A stretch of 56,341 nt of DNA from Nanobdellota archaeon (GCA_043818675.1 JBDRFR010000061.1:1-56341), one strand, 5' to 3'. Positions 27,155 to 36,915 are shown, counted from the stretch's first letter. A program made the numbers and translations. Notes: generated by a model from the sequence alone, not told the origin.

Positions 27155-29310
27155 AAAAAGCGCAGGTTACAATATTCATCATCCTGGGTATAATCATCCT
27201 AGCTACAGGGGTTGTCTATTTTGCGATGAGAACTGATATTGCTGCCCAAGAAACTGAAGAACAATCAATCTTATCAGAACAGATACCAATAGAGTTTGAC
27301 CCTGTGCAGATGTATGTTGAAAACTGCCTGACAGAAATTGCCATGAAAGGGCTGAAAATACTGGGAGAAAGAGGAGGATATATCAACCCGGCAGCGATGG
27401 GATATGAGCTGAATAGATACGGCACAGAAGGCAATGCAATAACATGGGCAGCAAACTGGGTGATGCCGTACTGGTGGCATCTAAAATCAGCTAATACATG
27501 CGACGGTGACTGCGTGTTCGATACGCCGGTGCCTGAAGGCAAGCTGTTTTTGTACAAAACCAGCGGGTCGCCAAGCATACAGGCGCAGCTTGAAGAGTAT
27601 GTTAATTCCAACATCAAAGAGTGCCTGTTTAATTTTATGAGGCTTAGAGATGAAGGGTATAAGATCAGAGAGCTTGACACGCCGCAGACAACTGTAAGGA
27701 TCATCGATGATGAGGTGTTGTTTGGGCTAAGGTATCCGATAGAAGCTACAAAAATCTCAACAAAGACGATATCGCAGTTTTCGACAAAGATAGATGTGGA
27801 CCTAAAAGGCATCTATGAGTTTGCTTCGTTAGTCACATCTTATGAGATACAAGGGCATTTCCTTGAAAATTATATAACAGACATGATCGTTGCATTTTCA
27901 GGGGCTGATGCAGAACTGCCTCCAATGTCAGAGACACTATTTAGGCTTGGCGGCGGAAAAATCTGGAGCAAAAACAGGATTGAACAGCATATCCACCAAA
28001 ACATACTGCCAAACTATATACAGGCGCTTAGGGTGTTTGGCACGCAAAATTATGAGGCGTTCAATGTGGCAGATGATCCGATAAGCTCGGGATTTTATAA
28101 TAATAATATGGTGCTTCCGGGAAACAGAAGCTTTACGCATCTTACAGCAGATTTTTTCTATGACGGGCTTAGGTGGAAGCCGTACTTTGACCTAAACTGC
28201 AACGGGGACGAGTGCAGGCCGACATCCATTCTGGGCGAGGTCATGCAACTGATAGGGCTGCAACGGTACAATTTCCTGTATGACCTAAGCTTTCCGACAA
28301 TGGTGACGATACGAGACCCAAGGGCGTTTTTGTTCAATGAGGAAGAGGGATATACGTTTAATTTCCTGCTTGAAGCTAATATACGGAACAACAAGCCGCT
28401 AAAGGCTGATTATACATCGCCGCCTGTGATGGAGGATGCAGGCAATTCAATGGTATGCGACTCTAACAAAAGATTATCAGGCAATATTACGATACATATC
28501 AAAGATTCATTAACACAAAAGAATGTGCCGGATGCGCAGGTATTATACACAATTGCCGGAGAGTCGTGCTATATCGGCAGCACTGATATGGACGGAAACC
28601 TTGCTGCCAAGTTTCCGATAGGGTTTAACGGCATAATATCTTTTATGAAGCAGGATTATATCACCTATTCAGGGATAGCCACAACTCAGATGGATAAAGA
28701 ACAGGAGCTGGACGTATCACTTACACCGATAATCACAAAGCCGTTTACTGTAGGAAAGGTTATATTTGATAAGCACGGTGCAGACGATTACAGGGTAAGA
28801 TATTCGACAATGCTCAACCCTGTAAACCTATCAGAAGGGGAGCGGGCGATGATAACCCTTACACGAAAACCGAACAGAAACGAAGCTGAGTTTTCAACTT
28901 ATGCAGAGTTATGGGGCAACAGGAGCTTTGGGTCTATACGTATCGCGCCGGGCGAGTATGAGATGCGCATCGATCTTTTTTACCATAAAGAGCTGACAAT
29001 ACCGGAGCGGACTCTAAACTATGACGGACAGGCTGTCATCTTCCCAGGATTTGCATTCAATGACAGCGACCCGATGCCAAACGGCGGACTGCATTGCGAT
29101 GAAGACACATCGACCGGGCAGGCGTTTTTGGAGTCCAACCCTAACTTTAATGCAACCAATATAATCCTGTTCAAAACAGTATCGCTTGACCTGCAGAACT
29201 GGAACCCAAGCTCGATACTGCCGGAAGAAGACCTTGTGGAAACGTCCAACTATGATAAATATAAACAGTACTGCTTCCAGCTAGCTCCGCACATATATAA
29301 AAATGGCTAA
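27151..29310 (+). CDS. Large protein with class III (pilin-like) signal peptide, module B (719 aa)
   Basis: N-terminus MKKAQVTIFIILGIIILATGVVYF. Paralog of the 13024 and 37036 proteins (blocks listed under 13024). Confidence 0.85.
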   Translation: MKKAQVTIFIILGIIILATGVVYFAMRTDIAAQETEEQSILSEQIPIEFDPVQMYVENCLTEIAMKGLKILGERGGYINPAAMGYELNRYGTEGNAITWAANWVMPYWWHLKSANTCDGDCVFDTPVPEGKLFLYKTSGSPSIQAQLEEYVNSNIKECLFNFMRLRDEGYKIRELDTPQTTVRIIDDEVLFGLRYPIEATKISTKTISQFSTKIDVDLKGIYEFASLVTSYEIQGHFLENYITDMIVAFSGADAELPPMSETLFRLGGGKIWSKNRIEQHIHQNILPNYIQALRVFGTQNYEAFNVADDPISSGFYNNNMVLPGNRSFTHLTADFFYDGLRWKPYFDLNCNGDECRPTSILGEVMQLIGLQRYNFLYDLSFPTMVTIRDPRAFLFNEEEGYTFNFLLEANIRNNKPLKADYTSPPVMEDAGNSMVCDSNKRLSGNITIHIKDSLTQKNVPDAQVLYTIAGESCYIGSTDMDGNLAAKFPIGFNGIISFMKQDYITYSGIATTQMDKEQELDVSLTPIITKPFTVGKVIFDKHGADDYRVRYSTMLNPVNLSEGERAMITLTRKPNRNEAEFSTYAELWGNRSFGSIRIAPGEYEMRIDLFYHKELTIPERTLNYDGQAVIFPGFAFNDSDPMPNGGLHCDEDTSTGQAFLESNPNFNATNIILFKTVSLDLQNWNPSSILPEEDLVETSNYDKYKQYCFQLAPHIYKNG

Positions 29311-32300
29311 ACAACTATCAGCAATATTTGTAATGATTTTAATAGTCAGCATGCCGATAGCGTTTGCTGACTTTCTACAGGTAAGCTCTGTGCACGGCGC
29401 AACAGATAATATTGAAGGTTTTCTGACAGACACTGATGATACGCTTGTTGTCGAGCTTTATGCATACGTATCAGGAGATGATATTATTGAAACTGACCAG
29501 GTACGGTACGGCGGGTCAGGAGCGTCGCCCTTGAACCCGAGCAACGCCGGGCTGAAGTTTAATACGTGCGAGCCTGTAGAGGGCCAGGCCTACAGCCTAT
29601 GCACCTTTACGTTTACGCCGCTGATATATTTCTCAAACCCGCAAAGCATGCACTTTTATCTGTATGATGATTCAAACCTGAAAGTGGCCCAATCAGGCTA
29701 TACTGTTTTCTTTGATGAACTACCGCCTATTGTCAATTCGTTTACTGCGCAGCCAGCTATTGTCAGCAGCGGTGATATAAGCTTCAAGTTGGATGTTACT
29801 GATGCTGCATGCACGTCCACAAAGTGCAACGGTAAATGCACAGGCATCGACAGGATAGAAATCAGCGCATTGACATATACGCACACAATAGATGTTGATT
29901 CTACAAAATGCAACAATAAAAGCGTCATCAAGGCGCCGCTTGCAGCGATAATAGGCGCTGCTGCAACAGTGCAGACTGTTAGCGCAACAGCTACCATATA
30001 CGACGTTATGGGCAATTCTATCACTGCAACCCAGGATATCCTAATCGATACAAAAGACCCGGTAATAACTCACCTTAATGTTACGCAGCTTGAGCAAGAG
30101 GTGCACCATGTAGGCCGCGGCGGGAAGATAGTGACTGTGGGCGCAACCATAGCCGATGAGAACCTGGTTAGTACCAGTGTTAATGCTGACCTAAGGGAGC
30201 TTAATAATAAAACGCTGGACTATGGCAATAAGCCTGCGATATGCACGCTTGTATCAGACAATACTTATGACTGCAAATGGCATAATATTGAGATATATCT
30301 TGACGATACGATAACTGCCAAGATCCGGATCAATGCGTCTGATTCGGCGGGCAACAACGCATCAACAGTGCTTAACTGGAACATTGAATATGACCCTTAC
30401 AGCCCGGAGATCAGTTCGATCAAAACGAACAGGCAATACAAAGGAATAAGCTATATGGGCATAGGGTATAATAAGATCGAGGTATCTTTAACAGAAGATG
30501 GGTCAGGATTTAATAATAATAAGCTGTATATGGACCTAAGCCAGGTGGGAAAAGGTGCGTCTGTGCAGACAGACGGATGCACAGGGTCATGGACATGCAC
30601 ATTTGATAATATCGATGCAGGCTCGATAAGCGAAGGCAAAAAAACAGTTAAGATACTGCCTGCGTCAGTGGATGACCTTGGCAATCCGGCTTTGGGAGTG
30701 CTTGAGGAAACATTAATCTTTGATAAGACACCGCCGTCATACCTTGCGCACTCAATAAAAAATGTAGGGGCTAATATTTTCAGCGGGATAATAAAAACAG
30801 GCGATGCGCTTAATATTGAGATCAATGTATCTGAGCCGCATGAGATCATCAATGCGTACGCTAACCTGTCGATGATCATAGAGGATGCTGATGTTGTCTC
30901 TAACGATGGATGCGTCAATAAATCAGACCTGTGGACATGCAGATGGGAGCTGTCACCCATAGACATAACAGGCCATATAGAAGATAAACTACTGTTTTAT
31001 TTTACAGATGCTGCTAATAATACCTTATCAAAAGAGATCGAGATCGAAGTGCTGGAAACCAATGATTCCACAACACCAAATTTCTGGAAAAAGCCAACTG
31101 TAGAGTGCAGCCCGACCAGGATCGATAGAGAGATTACAACACTGATAGAGACAAGGTCGTTTTGCAAACTCACATTGCAGCAACAAAACGCTGCATCTGA
31201 CCAGGAGGCTCTTGAATTCAGCCTGGGAACGTGCGTCAATAACAGCATAATGCCAGGCGGCACAACCTTTCTTTCCAAGCAGCCTGTATTAAGGAATGAT
31301 ATCCAGGGAAGCGACGAGATATTTATGGAGTTGACGCTCAACAAGGCCGACACCTCAGCGTTAAGCTATATCGATATCAAATGCCCGCTTAATATCGTAT
31401 CAAGGGTGGAAAATACTGTTTATGACCAGGGCGAGACAGAGGATGTGGCTGTCAAGCTTGTATTTTATAATAATCCTTTGGGCACTGCCTCTACCAGCCT
31501 AAAAGAGAAGGTCAAAGATGTTGAGAAGATGACAGACGGAGCATGGGATCTTGTCGGGTCGCTTAGAGAGTTTCTGGGCATGGCAGAGGCTGCGTGCAAA
31601 ATATGGGGCGGGCTGCAGCATCTTGCGGCTGCATGGAACGGGCTAAAAATAATCTTTGGCACTGCTGAAGAAAAAGCCAAATGGATGGGTTCGCCTGCAT
31701 CTGCCAAGCTGCAGGAAGCAAGGGTTATCAACTGCGAGGCTGCGCAAAAAACAGGAGATCTCGCGCATAAGCTTTACAAAGGCGAAAACGGGATCAATAA
31801 GTTCTGTAATTTTGTCAACTGTAAGATGGCATGGAGCAAAGACTGCAATGACGTGAAAGGATTCGAAGGATGGGGCCAGGCGCTTGGCGGCGGGTGCGGT
31901 TGGTTTAATCCGGAAACTGACAATTATTTTGGGATAGGAGACTGGGCAAAAAACAACCTTGGAAAAAATCCTAATGATTATATGAGCGTCAAAGACAGCT
32001 TTTTTTTAAGCCTTGCGACATGGTGCATCCCAGGACTTATTTACAACATTGATAAATACAGGCAGATCGAATGCAATTACGGAACATGCCTGCTTGCGAT
32101 ATCAGAAACACCAGGCATAAACCAGCAAAATGAACAGCATCAGAGCATACCGTTAACAATGTGCGAAAAGCAGAAAGACTACATGGAATGCAGGTTTTTT
32201 GCGGGAGAGGTTTTTGAACTTTTGTCGCCTTTAAAACTGCTGAATTACTATACAGACATGATAAAAAACGGGATCGCAGACCCAGGAGCTGCGCTTGGGA

Positions 32301-32524
32301 CAGCGTTTTCGATGCTTTCACAGTGCAAGCCGGCATGCAAAGAGAATCTTGTCTGGCCGCACCAGAGATGCTATTGGCTGAAACTTTTGTCAACCATAGG
32401 GGAAGCTGTCAAAGATATCTATGTGGCAAAAGAGCTCAGCGACAATGACTGGGAGGTATATGATAATTACTGCGAGAGGTTTGAAGAGATGAAGACTGAG
32501 GTTGGATGGGTGTCAGACCCATGA
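29303..32524 (+). CDS. Giant secreted Cys-rich surface protein, paralog B (1073 aa)
   Basis: Signal peptide MAKQLSAIFVMILIVSMPIAFA. Ig-like boundary motifs (VFFDELPPIV, ILIDTKDPVI, IEYDPYSPEI, LIFDKTPPSY). Cys-rich C-terminal domain (YRQIECNYGTCLLAIS...CEKQKDYMECRFF). Confidence 0.85.
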   Translation: MAKQLSAIFVMILIVSMPIAFADFLQVSSVHGATDNIEGFLTDTDDTLVVELYAYVSGDDIIETDQVRYGGSGASPLNPSNAGLKFNTCEPVEGQAYSLCTFTFTPLIYFSNPQSMHFYLYDDSNLKVAQSGYTVFFDELPPIVNSFTAQPAIVSSGDISFKLDVTDAACTSTKCNGKCTGIDRIEISALTYTHTIDVDSTKCNNKSVIKAPLAAIIGAAATVQTVSATATIYDVMGNSITATQDILIDTKDPVITHLNVTQLEQEVHHVGRGGKIVTVGATIADENLVSTSVNADLRELNNKTLDYGNKPAICTLVSDNTYDCKWHNIEIYLDDTITAKIRINASDSAGNNASTVLNWNIEYDPYSPEISSIKTNRQYKGISYMGIGYNKIEVSLTEDGSGFNNNKLYMDLSQVGKGASVQTDGCTGSWTCTFDNIDAGSISEGKKTVKILPASVDDLGNPALGVLEETLIFDKTPPSYLAHSIKNVGANIFSGIIKTGDALNIEINVSEPHEIINAYANLSMIIEDADVVSNDGCVNKSDLWTCRWELSPIDITGHIEDKLLFYFTDAANNTLSKEIEIEVLETNDSTTPNFWKKPTVECSPTRIDREITTLIETRSFCKLTLQQQNAASDQEALEFSLGTCVNNSIMPGGTTFLSKQPVLRNDIQGSDEIFMELTLNKADTSALSYIDIKCPLNIVSRVENTVYDQGETEDVAVKLVFYNNPLGTASTSLKEKVKDVEKMTDGAWDLVGSLREFLGMAEAACKIWGGLQHLAAAWNGLKIIFGTAEEKAKWMGSPASAKLQEARVINCEAAQKTGDLAHKLYKGENGINKFCNFVNCKMAWSKDCNDVKGFEGWGQALGGGCGWFNPETDNYFGIGDWAKNNLGKNPNDYMSVKDSFFLSLATWCIPGLIYNIDKYRQIECNYGTCLLAISETPGINQQNEQHQSIPLTMCEKQKDYMECRFFAGEVFELLSPLKLLNYYTDMIKNGIADPGAALGTAFSMLSQCKPACKENLVWPHQRCYWLKLLSTIGEAVKDIYVAKELSDNDWEVYDNYCERFEEMKTEVGWVSDP

Positions 32525-32667
32525 TAGAGAAACTTGTTTGAGAAAATGGAACAGAATGAAAAAAGCAAAATTGTCAAACCCAAAAGAGGGACAAAGCATG
32601 GATGAGACAAAAATTACTCAATTGAGTAAAAAAATAGTCAATATTGATGAATGGAAAATGTTTTAAT

Positions 32668-33003
32668 ATGAAAAAAGCGCAATTGTCAAACCCGAGATTG
32701 GGAATGGTCGTAATACTACTAGTCATCTGTATAGTGATGATAGCGTTTACAACTTCAAAAGTTTATATGGCGACGGGCAATGCGGCATGCTTTCTTCCGT
32801 TAACAAACATCACGCTTTTTGATAATGCAACAAAGGAGATACAGGATATCAATATTGGAGATGAGGTGTTATCTTATGATTTTGAAAATGAACAGAATGT
32901 TAAAGTTGAGGTTATGAATGTTTTTTCACACCAAGAAAACAGGTATATGATAATTAATGGCAATATGAAAGTTACGCCAAACCATATGGTGTATGCAAAA
33001 TGA
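32668..33003 (+). CDS. Pilin-like leader + 28-aa linker + N-terminal split Hint/intein half (111 aa)
   Basis: MKKAQLSNPRLGMVVILLVICIVMIAF...ATGNAA is followed by CFLPLTNITLFDNATKEIQDINIGDEVLSYDF...NMKVTPNHMVYAK-stop. Intein block A (Cys1) and block B (TPNH) are present and blocks F/G are absent. Confidence 0.8.
   Translation: MKKAQLSNPRLGMVVILLVICIVMIAFTTSKVYMATGNAACFLPLTNITLFDNATKEIQDINIGDEVLSYDFENEQNVKVEVMNVFSHQENRYMIINGNMKVTPNHMVYAK
32788..33000 (+). other. Split Hint/intein N-half IntN1 (71 aa)
   Basis: It starts at TGC 32788 (Cys1) and contains the TxxH motif TPNH. It ends at the gene stop, at the position where the contiguous copy (34475..34861) continues with EGQWVPIG. Confidence 0.8.
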
Positions 33004-33941
33004 ACAATACAGCATACCTAACAAATCTGAATGCAGGACTTTGGTTAATAGTCATTATTACATGTATAGTGATGGTTGGATTTATCGGTTCGAAAAAATC
33101 GGTGAATCTAATATCTGTGAATTCAGGAATTGAAGGGATAAGCGGGAATGTAATCCAAACCAACCAAGAAGGTATTAGTAATCAAGAATATGTTGCAAAG
33201 AACTCAGACCAGATAACTACAATAGCTAATAGCCATAATGTACCTCCTGCTGAACTTGCAGCAATAATTATTGCAGAAAGAAATCCTACTGGCCCGCAAT
33301 CGCATGATACCGGAACAAACTTAGGAGTAACCGCAATGAGTGTTAGTCAAGCAAAAACATATAGTGGTGCTGCTGGAATGACTGATCAGGCAATTGCGAA
33401 TAAATTACAAAATGATGATAATTTTGCGATAGAAGCTACCGCTAGTAGAATGGCGTATATACGCAGTCTTAATAGCTATGATAAGTATTATTCAGACCCT
33501 AGAATATCAGGAGATCCAGTAAAGACAGGACAATTAACATTAGCTATATGGCGTGGAGATATTAATGGAGCACGAGAGGAAAATTTTAATAGGATAGTTA
33601 ATGGAAAATTTGCGGAAATGTATACTAGTGGTCAAGCAACAAATCATCTCTCCGAACAAGCTGCTGAAAACAGAGTTGATTCGTTCAATCGTGCAAGAGA
33701 GGCTATTGGAAGCGATGAATCAGCAGCGTGCTTCCTTCCGTCCACTCAAATAACATTATCTGATGGATATAAAGAAATTCAAGATGTAAAAGTTGGAGAT
33801 CAAGTATTATCATATGATCTTGACAATAAGCAAAATGTTAAGGCTGAGGTTGTGAATGTTTTTTCGCATAAAGAAAACAAGTATATGATAATAAATGGCA
33901 ATATGAAAGTTACGCCAAACCATATAGTTTACGCAAAATGA
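33000..33941 (+). CDS. Membrane-anchored lysozyme/lytic-transglycosylase-like protein ending in an N-terminal split Hint/intein half (313 aa)
   Basis: TM helix LWLIVIITCIVMVGFIG. Candidate SLT-like region at aa 72-160 (PPAELAAIIIAERNP...TNLGVTAMSVSQAKTY...NDDNFAIEATASRMAYIRSL). The C-terminal 70 aa are CFLPSTQITLSDGYKEIQDVKVGDQVLSYDL...VTPNHIVYAK-stop. Confidence 0.75.
   Translation: MNNTAYLTNLNAGLWLIVIITCIVMVGFIGSKKSVNLISVNSGIEGISGNVIQTNQEGISNQEYVAKNSDQITTIANSHNVPPAELAAIIIAERNPTGPQSHDTGTNLGVTAMSVSQAKTYSGAAGMTDQAIANKLQNDDNFAIEATASRMAYIRSLNSYDKYYSDPRISGDPVKTGQLTLAIWRGDINGAREENFNRIVNGKFAEMYTSGQATNHLSEQAAENRVDSFNRAREAIGSDESAACFLPSTQITLSDGYKEIQDVKVGDQVLSYDLDNKQNVKAEVVNVFSHKENKYMIINGNMKVTPNHIVYAK
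33729..33938 (+). other. Split Hint/intein N-half IntN2 (70 aa)
   Basis: Cys1 at 33729 and a TPNH motif. It is about 90 percent identical at nucleotide level to the 3' part of IntN1 and ends at the gene stop. Confidence 0.8.
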
Positions 33942-36235
33942 AAAAAATAATATCAATACTGATGATCGTGCTGTTAGCCAGTTTTGCATCTGCATGGAAC
34001 TGGGTGCCAATCGGGTCGCTAAAGCCAGGCAATGTATTGATGGACAAGGACGGCAACGAGATCGTGATAGAAACCATCGAAGAGGCCTATGACCCAGAGG
34101 GTGTTACAGTGTATGACCTGGAAGTTAAAGACTACCATTATTATTACGCGCAGGGGGCGCTTGTGCATAATAGTCAGACAGATTTAACTTTTGGCGGATT
34201 ATATTCTGCTGATCACATCAGTTCGATAGCTGGAAATGCTGATGCGATCAGGGCTGAAATTAACAAACTGGACACGACTGATAGTGGAACTACAGTTGGT
34301 ACAGATGTTCATAATGCCCGAACCTATTTGCAGAATATGCTCGCTGAGGCGGAGCGTTATAGGTTACAGAGTCCATACGGTAACCCTAACGGATTGCAGG
34401 GTACCCTATCAGAAGAGGAGCCACAATATACCTTATTGAGTAGTCATGAAACTCAATCATTGAATTCACCAGTCTGCTTCCTATCCGGAACAATGATAAC
34501 ATTAGCCCACAGCACAAAACCTATAGAAGATATCAGACCAGGCGATAAAGTGTTAACTTATGATTTTGATAATGGAAAAACTGTTGTGTCAGAGGTTGTT
34601 GATACATATCAAAGATTAACCAATAAATATTTAGTCATTAATAATAAGATCAAGGTTACACCAGACCATATATTTTATATTGAAGGACAGTGGGTGCCGA
34701 TAGGCGAAGCGCAGATTGGCGATAAGATGGTAGATAATAAAGGTAATTATGTTACAATAGAATCTATAGAAAAGATTGCTGTGCCGGAAGGTGTGAAGGT
34801 CTATAATTTTAAGGTTAAAGGTTACCCGTACTATTATGCAGAGGGAATACTGGTGCATAATGAATATGAGACAGTTAAGATAGGTGATATAAATTTTCAG
34901 GTCACTCGCAATGCTGATACAAATGCTATCACTGGTTTTACAGGAGGAGAATATAATGGTGGTCCAATGGATCAGGCTACGCTTGACCAGATGCAGGCAT
35001 ACAGCGGTACAGGGTATACGACTGATACATCAAGTGATACGATTACAATCAGAAACTCAGACAATAAGCAAGTATTTTCAACAAGCTCCAGTGGGACAAC
35101 TACAGCAACGATAAATGGTCAATCCACAGATGTTATACCCCGCACAACAACTGTAAATAGCTTTGAACAAGTACCTATTGACAGTAATAACGATGGAAAA
35201 ATAGATGATGAGGATAAGGGTAAAATGAGTAGACCAAGACCTTCAACAACCACTGTCATCCACACCAATGTGGTCAAAGGAGGTGATAATGCGGGTGATC
35301 ACCATTTTACTGGAACTGAGAGGACACAGTATCATTATAACCTGCGAGGTGTACAAACTTATTCAGATACTGCAAACTATAATGCAAAAGGGGAAATGAC
35401 AAGTTACACTTATAAAAATAATGGAGGTGGAGAATGGACCACGGTAAATGGTAACATGCCTTCAGGCGCACCACAGTCTGCTAAGACCGCATGGTCTCAG
35501 GCGCAGTGGAGAAACAGGATGGCAAGCTTTGAATCGTGGTTTACAGCATACCAGGGCTTTTCAGGATATTCAAGCCTTCTCTGGGATGAGGAAGATACAT
35601 GGGTGCAAAACTGGAAAGATGATGTCAATGATTTCTTCTGCTCGACTGTTATCGGCGGAGGGGTGGACTGCTTTACGTCAGCTGTGTGCTCGTCAGGAAT
35701 TGATGATTCAGACATACCTGCTAATGTTGCGTTTGTCACAACGCCAAACGGGCTTACTATGACAGCTGCGCATGTAGAAGCAGAAATGTCCGGACCGCTT
35801 ACGTCTATTGATGAGACAGGAGCAGAATACACTGAATACCTGTACAAGATAACCTATGTTGTCAATAATATGCAGGGCAGCGGGTATGATGACCTAAAAG
35901 TATACTTACAGCTGACAGGCGGACGGACTTATACCTTCCCGCAGGAGACTATAGAGGAAGGAAAAATGGTAAGGCATACAGGAGCTAATGCTATAGTAGA
36001 TTACAGCTACTATAGGTATACCACAGCCTGCCTGTATTTTGATAAGGAACTGTCGTCTGTATCAGATTTTGAGCCGTTTGGAAGCAACTCTAAGATGACC
36101 AGTATCTGCACACCGATAGCGCAATCAAATGCGCCAGCTTCAAGCGGAACAAGCTCAGGCAGCAGTTCAAGTGCAGCAAGCTCAGCAGCGCCTGCAGCGC
36201 CTGCGTGCACTGTTGTGACGGATTGTGATATCTAA
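33938..36235 (+). CDS. Leader + C-terminal split Hint/intein half + 101-aa segment + complete Hint domain + Ser/Thr-rich and beta-rich C-terminal region (765 aa)
   Basis: MKKIISILMIVLLASFASA is followed by WNWVPIGSLKPGNVLMDKDGNEIVIETIEEAYDPEGVTVYDLEVKDYHYYYAQGALVHN|S (blocks F and G). A contiguous Hint spans aa 180-308. The tail is ...SGTSSGSSSSAASSAAPAAPACTVVTDCDI. Confidence 0.8.
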   Translation: MKKIISILMIVLLASFASAWNWVPIGSLKPGNVLMDKDGNEIVIETIEEAYDPEGVTVYDLEVKDYHYYYAQGALVHNSQTDLTFGGLYSADHISSIAGNADAIRAEINKLDTTDSGTTVGTDVHNARTYLQNMLAEAERYRLQSPYGNPNGLQGTLSEEEPQYTLLSSHETQSLNSPVCFLSGTMITLAHSTKPIEDIRPGDKVLTYDFDNGKTVVSEVVDTYQRLTNKYLVINNKIKVTPDHIFYIEGQWVPIGEAQIGDKMVDNKGNYVTIESIEKIAVPEGVKVYNFKVKGYPYYYAEGILVHNEYETVKIGDINFQVTRNADTNAITGFTGGEYNGGPMDQATLDQMQAYSGTGYTTDTSSDTITIRNSDNKQVFSTSSSGTTTATINGQSTDVIPRTTTVNSFEQVPIDSNNDGKIDDEDKGKMSRPRPSTTTVIHTNVVKGGDNAGDHHFTGTERTQYHYNLRGVQTYSDTANYNAKGEMTSYTYKNNGGGEWTTVNGNMPSGAPQSAKTAWSQAQWRNRMASFESWFTAYQGFSGYSSLLWDEEDTWVQNWKDDVNDFFCSTVIGGGVDCFTSAVCSSGIDDSDIPANVAFVTTPNGLTMTAAHVEAEMSGPLTSIDETGAEYTEYLYKITYVVNNMQGSGYDDLKVYLQLTGGRTYTFPQETIEEGKMVRHTGANAIVDYSYYRYTTACLYFDKELSSVSDFEPFGSNSKMTSICTPIAQSNAPASSGTSSGSSSSAASSAAPAAPACTVVTDCDI
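33995..34171 (+). other. Split Hint/intein C-half IntC1 (59 aa, +1 Ser)
   Basis: Block F-like VYDLEVKDYHYYYA and block G LVHN, followed by Ser79 (AGT 34172-34174). Confidence 0.8.
34475..34861 (+). other. Contiguous mini Hint/BIL-like domain (129 aa) with Glu at +1
   Basis: CFLSGTMITLAHSTKPIEDIRPGDKVLTYDF...KVTPDHIFYIEGQWVPIGEAQIGDKMVDNKGNYVTIESIEKIAVPEGVKVYNFKVKGYPYYYAEGILVHN|E. It aligns end to end with IntN plus IntC and so defines the split point. Confidence 0.8.
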
Positions 36236-36915
36236 TGAAACTAAAAAAATTATCAGAGATCGTATTATTAGACGTGGTGTTTGTCAGCATAAGCTATATC
36301 CTTGGACTGATAGCGACTAAAATGATCAGGACAGAGTACAACAAACTGCTGGAGATAGATATAGAAAGTGTCATACAAAAAACAAATACAGAGATCAACA
36401 GAGTGTCTGAAAGCATGAGCCACCATCTATCTGCGATTGTTACTGTGGCAATCATATTTGCTATAATAATAATAACTAACTGGTCTTTTTTTCAATATAT
36501 GGTGTATTCAAAAATATTAGATAAAAAGCATAATTCAAAGCAGTTCTTTAAATTTTTAGGGCTGAACTTTGCATGGGCAGCGGGATTTGCATCAATCATG
36601 TTTGTAATACAAAAAGGCGCGCAGATCTACCTATTGTATACGCTAAACATCACAATGATATTACTGTTTGCGTATTATACCAATATATTGTACATATCAT
36701 TTTTCAGGAAATCTGTGAAAAAAACGCTAAAGATTGGCTTTTACAAATTTCATAAACAGGCGATACCGTACATCATCATGGCAGCAATATTGTACAGCCT
36801 GGTAAAAATAAGCAGCATTTTTCCATACAGCCATTTTTTGATAAAAGCACTGATGCTGATAATAGCGATAACAGCAATAGACTTTACAAGGATATATATA
36901 GCAAAAAGCATATAA
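36235..36915 (+). CDS. Polytopic membrane protein, module B (226 aa)
   Basis: Paralog of the 12294 and 50498 proteins (VKKTLKIGFYKFHK, TRIYIAKS). TAATG overlap with the upstream gene. Confidence 0.75.
   Translation: MKLKKLSEIVLLDVVFVSISYILGLIATKMIRTEYNKLLEIDIESVIQKTNTEINRVSESMSHHLSAIVTVAIIFAIIIITNWSFFQYMVYSKILDKKHNSKQFFKFLGLNFAWAAGFASIMFVIQKGAQIYLLYTLNITMILLFAYYTNILYISFFRKSVKKTLKIGFYKFHKQAIPYIIMAAILYSLVKISSIFPYSHFLIKALMLIIAITAIDFTRIYIAKSI

Noticed and set aside
27216-27812. A 198-aa minus-strand ORF and other antisense ORFs (30451..30966, 42545..43141 and others) within modules B and C
   Set aside because: They lie entirely inside long CDSs that are conserved as paralogs on the plus strand. 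There is no independent evidence for them.
33930-33960. A programmed -1 frameshift on the A-AAA-TGA junction that would fuse IntN2 to the leader-IntC1 ORF and recreate a contiguous Hint domain
   Set aside because: Slippage of tRNA-Lys on GCAAAATGA is formally possible. However, the same ATGA stop/start overlap joins many unrelated gene pairs in this window (12294, 27151, 38952, 46012, 47355, 48668). IntC2 follows a regulator gene and IntN3 is followed by no IntC. A fusion would also insert a 20-aa hydrophobic leader inside the Hint fold. True split genes are the simpler reading. This remains worth an experimental check.
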